NCBI GenBank assembly: GCA_944377305.1
Contig: CALWEL010000004.1
Span: 19,136 to 83,135, forward strand
Length of the DNA: 64,000 nt
Source of the DNA: an uncultured Clostridia bacterium
Lineage (GTDB): Bacteria > Bacillota > Clostridia > Christensenellales > UBA1242
Direction: 5' to 3'
The notes under the pieces are model-generated. The model had not been told where the DNA came from and made no database searches. It was given only the letters and a program-made list of their open reading frames with translations. Numbering within the stretch: position 1 is the stretch's first letter; each line of letters starts with the position of its first letter. Of this stretch, positions 33,474-41,342 are shown piece by piece. The position numbers and the translations under genes were made by a program.

Positions 33474-35069
33474 ATGGATATTAGTTTATATGAAAGAGAA
33501 CAATTGATGGATGAATTGTATGAAGAAATGGCGTGCGATATAGAAGGTGTTTCTAGGCCTGGCTTAATTTTTATAGGTGAAGATAATGAGGAATTTTGCT
33601 CAAACACGGGCGTGACTGCAAGCAAATTTATAACTATTGAAGGGCGAAGATATTTCATAAAATATCCAACGCTCAGTCAATATCCTGCTCGGCACGAGAT
33701 TTTTGCCGAACTGCTGACAGCATTCATTGCCAAAAAGGTTGGATCTGACTGTGTAGATTGTCGTCTCGCCGTTGACCACAGTCAAAGGGCAATTGGGATA
33801 ATCTCTCCTGATTTCGGTGAACATTTTTTGTATGGAGACATTGGTGGAAAGATAAAATACGGACTTGATTCGTCTACTTGTGAAGAGGTCGCCGACCTGA
33901 TAATCGACAAATTTAAGGAATTTAAAGATGTTGAAATCAATCGAAAAGAATTGATCGAAAAATTGAATAAAATGTCGTGTTTTGATTATCTGACGAATCA
34001 AAGGGACAGACATTCTCAAAACTTCGCTTTTACGATCAGGGAAATAAATGGGGTGAAGAAATTGGATCTAGCACCGATTTATGACAACGCCAACGCCTTT
34101 TTGCGCGTCTATGCGAGGCTGTTCAAATTGAACCCTAACGATTGCGAAATTTATGGGATGGAACAGCAAAAATTGTTGAATTCTACTTATAAAGATATGC
34201 TGATTAAATTTCAAACTCTTTTTGGCGAAAAATTCGAAGATATCAAGAAAGAGTTTGAGCAATATTATGGACTTGATGTATTGTTTTCAAGGTTAGAATT
34301 GGATGATTGGTGGGAGAGGACGCAGACCAACGTCAAAGAAAAAGTTGAGCAATGTAGATTTAGACGCGAGGGTGCAAAATTTATTTCTCTAGAGGCGATA
34401 TACGCAGTGATGTTAAGGCACAAGACTGAACTGGAAGAAGACGAATATGTTAAGGTTGTGAAAAGAATTGTACAAGATCTTAGCGAGTATATGGATGAGA
34501 GCAATTTTAGTGATAGTTACAAAAATTTCACGAAACAAAAAAGTGGAGAATTGGCTATGTGGAAATGGTATGACGAATGTGAAGAATTGTCTAGACATCC
34601 AGATTCTCCAGAAATTAAAAACGCGAAGAAAATTCTGGATAAAAAACGCAAAGAATACAATACCACCATCCTTTCATACGCGATGGAGCGAAGATTCATA
34701 GAATTCAACATATACAATCAATTGAAATATCTTTTCTTTGATGTTGAATCCATACTTTTTTCAAGACCGGTGATTAAGAGTTATGCAGAGTATACAGCAG
34801 GTATCACTTTTTCGGCTCAATACCCAGTATTCAAAGAATTGCGTGCCTGGTGTGCGGAAACTGAAAGAAGAAATGATCTTTCTATAGAAGAAAAGAATGA
34901 ATTGGTGAAGACGAAAAAGTTGTTGAAAAGATATCTCAAATATTATACTGCGATATTTAAAAAGCAAATAAAGCATAATGATGAACGAGTACTGAATGAT
35001 ATAGGTTTGAGATTTGATGGAAAATTAGGCATAGTGGAGGTCGGAGATGAAAATAAAAATTTGCTATAA
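33474..35069 (+). CDS. HipA-family Ser/Thr kinase-like protein with a ~260-aa helical C-terminal extension
   Basis: YLTNQRDRHSQNFAFTIREINGVKKLDLAPIYDNANAF matches the HipA_C catalytic and Mg-binding region (N-x-D-x-H-x-x-N...LAP-x-YD). An upstream FIKYP Lys and EIFAELLTAFIAKKVG fit the kinase N-lobe. I recognise nothing in the C-terminal half. Confidence 0.7.
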   Translation: MDISLYEREQLMDELYEEMACDIEGVSRPGLIFIGEDNEEFCSNTGVTASKFITIEGRRYFIKYPTLSQYPARHEIFAELLTAFIAKKVGSDCVDCRLAVDHSQRAIGIISPDFGEHFLYGDIGGKIKYGLDSSTCEEVADLIIDKFKEFKDVEINRKELIEKLNKMSCFDYLTNQRDRHSQNFAFTIREINGVKKLDLAPIYDNANAFLRVYARLFKLNPNDCEIYGMEQQKLLNSTYKDMLIKFQTLFGEKFEDIKKEFEQYYGLDVLFSRLELDDWWERTQTNVKEKVEQCRFRREGAKFISLEAIYAVMLRHKTELEEDEYVKVVKRIVQDLSEYMDESNFSDSYKNFTKQKSGELAMWKWYDECEELSRHPDSPEIKNAKKILDKKRKEYNTTILSYAMERRFIEFNIYNQLKYLFFDVESILFSRPVIKSYAEYTAGITFSAQYPVFKELRAWCAETERRNDLSIEEKNELVKTKKLLKRYLKYYTAIFKKQIKHNDERVLNDIGLRFDGKLGIVEVGDENKNLL

Positions 35070-35370
35070 AGATTTTTTGCTAGGCGAAATTGAAAAGGTG
35101 GATAATCTCTATGTCTACACCTCACTTGAAGATATGGAAAAATTCAAAGAGCAATATGGTTTTATCAATTTTGAATTGATGGATGTCAAGAAAAAGACCT
35201 ATAAAACATTACCATACTTTTTTCTAGAGTTTGTGGATAGACTTGTTTTCAATCCACTTATGAGAGAAAAATTAAATATAGATCTAGAAAAAGATAATTA
35301 TTTCGATATTCTGTATCGTTATTCGAAACTTCCTCAGAATAAAAATTCCTTTCATTTTATATCAAAATAA
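35047..35370 (+). CDS. HipS-like small protein (resembles the HipA N-terminal subdomain)
   Basis: GGAGG lies 6 nt upstream, embedded in the kinase 3' end, with a 23-nt overlap. KICYKDFLLGEIEKVDNLYVYT (beta-hairpin start), LPYFFLEFV...NPLMREKLNI and DNYFDILYRYSKL...SFHFI parallel the couple_hipA/HipA_N pattern. Confidence 0.45.
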   Translation: MKIKICYKDFLLGEIEKVDNLYVYTSLEDMEKFKEQYGFINFELMDVKKKTYKTLPYFFLEFVDRLVFNPLMREKLNIDLEKDNYFDILYRYSKLPQNKNSFHFISK

Positions 35371-35749
35371 ATTCCTTGACTGCCGTGATAATTGAAAAAA
35401 GGCAAATAAAATATTCTAATATACGGGTAATTTAAGATTTTGATTTCGATATGGTGTATTATAAGTAAAAATGGTTTTTATAAATATAATATTGAAATAA
35501 ATAATATTAAAAATAACTAAATAAGATAAATTAATAATAAAAACGCATTAAAATAAAGTAAAAATTAATTAAAAAATGTATTAAAATAATAAATTATAAT
35601 TAAAAATAAAGTAAAAAATATAAAAATAAAATATATTTGCAAAATTATTAAAAAATTTCAAAATTATAGAAAAATACTGAAAATAGTGAAATTTTAATAA
35701 AAAAATAGATAAAATAAAAAATTTTTAATAGTTTTACCAATGAGGAAAA

Positions 35750-36496
35750 ATGAAAAAGATAAATTTTGGCAAACTGAAAGAAAATATTTTAGATTTACTT
35801 TATCCACGTCATATTAAATGTATTTTTTGCGGAGAAGAATTGAATGAAAAATCGTATAACGACACTTGTGAAACTTGTTTAAGGACTCTTCCATTCATTA
35901 CTCATTCGTGTTCGCGTTGCGGTGCGCCAGTGGCACTTGACAATGACGGAGTGTGTCTAAACTGCAAGGCAAACAATTTTGACTTTAACTTGGCTAGAAG
36001 TGTGTTCGCATATACTGATAGAGTGGTGTCCGTTGTTCATAAATTTAAGTACAATAGGATGAGGTTTTTATACGAGCCGTTGGCAAACTTCATAAGTGAA
36101 TATTTATCCACTTGGGAGATTTCTCCAGATATCATAACTTGCGTTCCTTTATATGAGTCAAAGCAAAAGAGGAGAGGATATAATCAATCTGAGTTGATGG
36201 CAAGATATTTGGCAGAAAAATCAAAAATACCTTTCCACATTTTATGTACAAAAATTGTGGATAACGCCAGTCAAGCAGAACTGGATCTTAAGCGAAGAAA
36301 AGAGAACGTGAAAGGTGTGTACAAATTCAACAATGAGTATAGACAAATGATAAAAAATAAGACTATTTTAATAATTGACGATGTGTATACGACAGGTTCG
36401 ACTTGCAATGAGTTGAGTAAGATAATAAAAGCGAACGGATCAAAAGAGATCTATGTGCTGACGCTAGCTCACGGTCTAGGCAATCAAAAATTATAA
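35750..36496 (+). CDS. comFC: ComF family protein (ComFC, phosphoribosyltransferase-type)
   Basis: N-terminal Cys4 motifs (CIFCGEEL...CETC, CSRCGAP...CLNC) and a C-terminal PRT motif ILIIDDVYTTGST. SD GAGGA is present. Confidence 0.8.
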   Translation: MKKINFGKLKENILDLLYPRHIKCIFCGEELNEKSYNDTCETCLRTLPFITHSCSRCGAPVALDNDGVCLNCKANNFDFNLARSVFAYTDRVVSVVHKFKYNRMRFLYEPLANFISEYLSTWEISPDIITCVPLYESKQKRRGYNQSELMARYLAEKSKIPFHILCTKIVDNASQAELDLKRRKENVKGVYKFNNEYRQMIKNKTILIIDDVYTTGSTCNELSKIIKANGSKEIYVLTLAHGLGNQKL

Positions 36497-37117
36497 TGTC
36501 ATAATTTCGTACTTATCTTAAAAAATTTATTAATATTACAATCTTGTTATTCAAAAATAATTATCGTTAGATTCTCTTAAAAATTTAATATAAATGATTT
36601 TTATATATTTTTAAACAATTAAAAGTGATAAATATATAATAATATTTTGAATTAATATTATTTTAATAATTATTGATTTCTAAAATCTAAATTTATAATA
36701 TAATTAAAATGCTTAGAGGTGATAATTTAAAATTTAGAGTAAATCTCAGCCTATATTGTTTTAGTTTAACTATGGTGTATACATATTTTTTAATAAATAA
36801 AAGTAACTTAGGAAAATAAATATTTCAATTTTTAAAAAAATATTTCAATTAAAATTATTAATTCATACTTTTTATTTCATTAGAATAATTTTTTTGTAGA
36901 TTATATATAATTAAAAATAAAAAAACAAAAAAATTATATAAATTTAACTAATTTTTATTGTTTTTTTTAAATAAAATAATTTTTTTTTGATTTTTAAAAT
37001 GATTTTAGTCAAAATTTTACAAAGGTTAATATAAAAAAATTTTATCGTGTGAATACAATTGAATATTTTATGATAGTAAACTGAAAATCTTAATGATAGA
37101 CATTCGAAGATAAACGA

Positions 37118-39331
37118 TCAATCTTGGCTAAATTCCTCAATTAAAAAATCTTTTAATAGAGTATATCGCTTAGCGGTATAGTTGTTGTGGATCATTCGGG
37201 CTAAAATTTGCTTGCTACCAATTAGTACCACTGTCTTCTTTGCTCGTGTTATTGCAGTGTACAATAAATTTCTAGTGATGATAATTGGAGCTCCGGGTAC
37301 CAAAGGAATAACGACACAATCAAATTCGCTACCTTGACTTTTGTGTATCGTTATAGCATAGGCAAGACTTATTTGATACAAATCCGTTTTGGCGTATTTA
37401 CACACTTTGCCATCATCAAAGCGAATTGTCACTTCGTTTGTGTCGGGTTCAATATGTGTGATATAACCAATATCTCCATTAAAGACGCCTGTGCCTTCTT
37501 GAATTGTTCCGTTGGGCTCGTATTTTTCGTATTTTTGTTCATAATTGTTTTGAGTTTGCATAATTTTATCACCAACGCGAAATCTTGATATATCCGACAA
37601 AAGTTCAACGCCACTAAAATGCGGATTGAGTGTCATCTGTAAACGTTTGTTTAGATTGTCAATTCCACAAGGACCGGCTTTCATAGGGGCAAGGACTTGG
37701 ATGTCTTTTGGGCTATATCCAAAATAATTGGATAGACGAGTACTTACTAAATCAATTATGGTTTCACTATTGCTAATCAAATCTTTTCCGCTTTCGTAGA
37801 AAAAGTCTCTACTGGTATTATCAATGATTGGCATCTTACCACTATTGATCAAATGAGCGTTTGTGATGATCAAACTATCGTTTCCTTGCCTATATATATT
37901 GACAAGTTGGGTTACATTCAAGCGCTTAGATTCAATAATGTCTCGCAAAACATTTCCGGCACCAACGCTAGGTAATTGATCCTTGTCTCCTACCATAACG
38001 ATGCGGGTGGTGGAGCGGACAGCTTTTAAAAGATGGTAAAATAGTCCTACATCTACCATACTCATTTCATCAATTACAATAACGTCTGCATCAAGCGGAT
38101 TGTTTTCGTTTCTGTGGAATATTCCCTCGTTTTCGGTTGGATTCATTTCCAGTGCTCTATGAATGGTTTTGGCCTCCATTCCCGAACTTTCGCTCAATCT
38201 TTTTGCCGCTCTGCCAGTAGGAGCACAAAGCAAAACGCGTTTGTTTTCTTGTTTGAACAGCTCCAAGATACAACGAACTATGGTAGTCTTACCTGTACCT
38301 GGACCACCAGTAATTATTGACACGCCTTTTGTTTGGCTCGCGAGCACAGCATCTGTTTGTTCGCCGTTGAGGGTTATATTGTGAACTCGTTGATAATGAT
38401 TTATGCTGTCGATAAAATTTGTGTTTTCTTCAAATTGGTTGTAAGATAATTTATATAGTTTTCTAGCGATGTATTTTTCTTGAAAATAAAATTTTGTCAG
38501 CACACAGATGTCTTCTCCGTGATATGAAAAATTTTTGATTAATCCTTCAATTTGCAAATAATCTACGCTTTTTTGTACAATTTCGTGCTCATTTTCACTG
38601 AAATTCAAAATTTCCAAACAATTTTGAATCAAATTTTCACGTGGCAAATAAGTGTGGCCTTCGCGTTCGCTATACGTTTTTAATGTATAAATGAGTCCTG
38701 CTTTGATTCGGTTTTCACCAAACATATCTATGCCCAATTTCAGTGCTATCTTATCTGCGGTCGTGAATCCGACTCCATCAATATCTTCAATGAGTTGATA
38801 AGGGTTATTTTTCACTAATTCAATTGTTTTATTTTTGTAAACATTATAAATTTTGATTGCTAAGTTTGTGCTAATAAAATGAGATTGTAAAAACATTATG
38901 ACATTTTGCATATCTTTCATTTCGTTGTATGCATTGGAAATCTCTATTGCTTTTTGTTTGCTTATTCCTCTGATTTTGCTAAGTTTTACAGGATTAAATT
39001 CTAGGATAGATAGAGTATCTTCTTTGAATTCGTTTACAATTTTTTTTGCTGTCACAGGACCAATTCCATAGATTAATCCGCTGGATAAATATTTTTCAAT
39101 TGCGGGTAAACTTGTTGGCTCGACTACGGATATTTCATTCGCTTTGAATTGTTCTCCAAATTTTTTGTTGACGACATATTCACCTGTGAGTTCTAGGGTT
39201 TGTCCCTCAAAGATTTCAGGGAAGTTGCCCACTGCAGTTACTTTCTTTTTGTCGCAAGAAAGATTCACGACTGAATAGCCATTTTCTTCATTCCTATAGA
39301 CGATGTTATCAACGCTACCTGTAATTTTCAT
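37118..39331 (-). CDS. recD2: ATP-dependent RecD-like (RecD2, SF1B) DNA helicase
   Basis: MKITGSVDNIVYRNEENGYSV N-terminal OB-like start, HhH region, Walker A ITGGPGTGKTT, VIVIDEMSMVD, MVGDKDQLPSVGAG, and a C-terminal AITIHKSQGSEF. ATG at 39331 is preferred over the TTG at 39367, which coincides with a -35 box. Confidence 0.85.
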   Translation of the reverse strand: MKITGSVDNIVYRNEENGYSVVNLSCDKKKVTAVGNFPEIFEGQTLELTGEYVVNKKFGEQFKANEISVVEPTSLPAIEKYLSSGLIYGIGPVTAKKIVNEFKEDTLSILEFNPVKLSKIRGISKQKAIEISNAYNEMKDMQNVIMFLQSHFISTNLAIKIYNVYKNKTIELVKNNPYQLIEDIDGVGFTTADKIALKLGIDMFGENRIKAGLIYTLKTYSEREGHTYLPRENLIQNCLEILNFSENEHEIVQKSVDYLQIEGLIKNFSYHGEDICVLTKFYFQEKYIARKLYKLSYNQFEENTNFIDSINHYQRVHNITLNGEQTDAVLASQTKGVSIITGGPGTGKTTIVRCILELFKQENKRVLLCAPTGRAAKRLSESSGMEAKTIHRALEMNPTENEGIFHRNENNPLDADVIVIDEMSMVDVGLFYHLLKAVRSTTRIVMVGDKDQLPSVGAGNVLRDIIESKRLNVTQLVNIYRQGNDSLIITNAHLINSGKMPIIDNTSRDFFYESGKDLISNSETIIDLVSTRLSNYFGYSPKDIQVLAPMKAGPCGIDNLNKRLQMTLNPHFSGVELLSDISRFRVGDKIMQTQNNYEQKYEKYEPNGTIQEGTGVFNGDIGYITHIEPDTNEVTIRFDDGKVCKYAKTDLYQISLAYAITIHKSQGSEFDCVVIPLVPGAPIIITRNLLYTAITRAKKTVVLIGSKQILARMIHNNYTAKRYTLLKDFLIEEFSQD

Positions 39332-39338
39332 ATTTGTT

Positions 39339-39367
39339 ATAATATAATAAATTTCTAATAATTGCAA
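39339..39367 (-). promoter_or_regulatory. Promoter abutting the recD2 start (leaderless candidate)
   Basis: Minus strand: TTGCAA, a 17-nt spacer, then TATTAT, then 7 nt to the ATG. There is no SD. Confidence 0.4.
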
Positions 39368-39476
39368 ATGTTTTTCAATTTGATTTGAATAGTTGAATTG
39401 ATATTAAAAATTTAAGTTGTTTTAATATTCATAAAAACAACTATGAAATCTCATAGATATTTTTTTATTTAAGATA

Positions 39477-39505
39477 TTGACAAGCAAGGTTAATGATGTT
39501 AAAAT
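39477..39505 (+). promoter_or_regulatory. Sigma-A promoter of the 418-aa orphan gene
   Basis: TTGACA, a 17-nt spacer, then TGtTAAAAT, followed by SD GGGAGGAG and the ATG at 39538. Confidence 0.6.
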
Positions 39506-39537
39506 AACCATAATTTTAAAAAGGTTGGGAGGAGTCT

Positions 39538-40794
39538 ATGGCTAAAAAAATCATAGCTAAAAATAGGGAAATAAAAGAGGAGCAAATGGAAAATGGAATT
39601 GATCAGATCAAAAGATTTATATCAATTCTTTATGAAAACAAAGATTCAAATACTTTTAATCAATGTCTTACTTTTATTAATGATGCTCAAATTACTGCGT
39701 TAGTGAAAAAAAATTTAATTAATTATATTGTTCAAGTCATTAGAAACGATTTGAAACAATTATGTATTAAAAAAGATTTTAATTCTTTAGGAAAAACATT
39801 GAATTTTGTTAAAAACTTGAAAATTGATTCAAAAATAAAGAATAAAGTTTTTAGTGAATTCACGAAATTTTACAATAAGTTCATTGAGGAAGAAAACGTA
39901 CAGAAGGAATTGCGCTCTAGGAAGGAGAAAAAGAAAACAGAATCAAATGAAACTAGAAACAATGAAAGAGATGACGTCTCGACACAAACAGAAGGTATAA
40001 GAGATGAGCAATCAACGAATAGTGGTGATAGCTCCAACGTGAATAGTGCAAAAAAAGGAGCAAAAGGCGAAGACCACAAAGGCTCTGACAAGAAAATTGA
40101 GGGAAAGAAACCGAAGGCGAGGGTTGAAGACAAAAAGAATTCCGATTCAAGTCAAAAAGGTCAAGAGCCTTCGGATGAAGAAAAAACCACTTTGCCACTA
40201 ACGGGAGAAAAAGTGTCAGAGTCCGAAACTCTTGGAATAGAAGGAAGCGATAATACGAAGCCATCAAAAATCATAAGGAATAGGATATCTCAAGCAAGAA
40301 ATAAGGGGAAACTAACACAAGAAGAGATTGATATTAAGACAAAAGAATTGATTAAACGTGGAAATTTCAGTTCAATCACCGCCTTTTTGCAAACTTATGG
40401 TGGAAAAATTTCTGATAGTGAAAAAATGAAATTAATTTCAGTATTGAGTACGCGAACGAATTCGGATGAGCTATATTTGACAGCGCGTGATCTTGATGAG
40501 TTGCATATAGGTAAATCAAACAAACAGTTGGCTATAGATAAACTAGCGAATGCAATGGCTAGAAAGAATGGCAAAGATGACATAGGTTTGATGTACTATT
40601 TCCTTCGCGATATTCAAGAGGTGAAGCACGAAGATATTTTAAAAATTGTGGATAAAATGGTGAAAATCTATGGAAGCGAAGAGGCATTGATAGCTCATTT
40701 GGAAGAAACATATAAGCAAAACGGCAAGTTGGCAAGTAGAGTCGAGGAGACGTTGAGAGCTTTTATTTTGATGAAAAATAATCAACAGCAATAG
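39538..40794 (+). CDS. Hypothetical protein with a central Lys/Glu/Ser-rich low-complexity region
   Basis: Strong SD and promoter. The N-terminal and C-terminal thirds look helical and globular. The middle (~aa 125-245) is charged and low-complexity. I recognise no motif. Confidence 0.6.
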   Translation: MAKKIIAKNREIKEEQMENGIDQIKRFISILYENKDSNTFNQCLTFINDAQITALVKKNLINYIVQVIRNDLKQLCIKKDFNSLGKTLNFVKNLKIDSKIKNKVFSEFTKFYNKFIEEENVQKELRSRKEKKKTESNETRNNERDDVSTQTEGIRDEQSTNSGDSSNVNSAKKGAKGEDHKGSDKKIEGKKPKARVEDKKNSDSSQKGQEPSDEEKTTLPLTGEKVSESETLGIEGSDNTKPSKIIRNRISQARNKGKLTQEEIDIKTKELIKRGNFSSITAFLQTYGGKISDSEKMKLISVLSTRTNSDELYLTARDLDELHIGKSNKQLAIDKLANAMARKNGKDDIGLMYYFLRDIQEVKHEDILKIVDKMVKIYGSEEALIAHLEETYKQNGKLASRVEETLRAFILMKNNQQQ

Positions 40795-41071
40795 ATTTGA
40801 TATTTTATTTGGATTTACAAATAGTCAACACGAACCGGCTATGTTGAAATTTTAAATAAATATTCTGGATCTCTTATAAGTAAAAAATGCAACATCAAAA
40901 GTCTATGTGTAATAATCAAATAGTCAGATGTGTATTGTCGCGTTTTTGTAAAGATCAAAACTATATTTACTCAAAATTCATATCAGTGTACATCAATGTG
41001 CTAATGAAATAGAGTCTTAACAGACATAGTCAAAATATAATAAGTTAGTATAGAAAAGTGAATGATATATT

Positions 41072-41103
41072 AAACGGTTATTTGTTTCAAATAATCGTTT
41101 TTC
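41072..41103 (+). terminator. Orphan rho-independent terminator in the spacer upstream of the 1,084-aa GLUG gene
   Basis: AAACGGTTATTT-GTTTC-AAATAATCGTTT (12 bp with one G-U pair) followed by TTTTCT. It lies about 280 nt downstream of the nearest plus-strand stop. Confidence 0.5.
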
Positions 41104-41283
41104 TAATATATTAAAGAAACAATATAATATGTGAAGCCATTATTTGGGGTTTAATATCAAAGCAATATAATTATACTTGTAGCGAAAAATTTTCATTTAA
41201 TGTCGATGAATGTTACATAATTTCATAGTCAATTCTGAACAAATATAAAATTTTATAAATTTTAATAAAATTCAAATTGAGTA

Positions 41284-41311
41284 TTGACAAATTTTTAATT
41301 TAGGTTATAAT
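41284..41311 (+). promoter_or_regulatory. Candidate promoter of the 1,084-aa GLUG gene
   Basis: TTGACA, a 16-nt spacer, then TATAAT. SD GGGGAAGGA precedes the ATG at 41343. Confidence 0.5.
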
Positions 41312-41342
41312 AAATGTAACAAATAATTGTGGGGAAGGAATT

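Noticed and set aside
33600-35125. Several 60-140-aa minus-strand or alternate-frame ORFs within the HipA-like gene.
   Set aside because: All are embedded in a sense ORF that carries a clear kinase signature. None has an SD.
36497-37117. The 621-nt extremely AT-rich spacer as a candidate replication origin.
   Set aside because: I found no cluster of DnaA boxes (TTATCCACA-like) in the spacer. The only near matches (TTATCCACG and TTATCCACT) lie inside the comFC coding sequence. No dnaA or dnaN is nearby.
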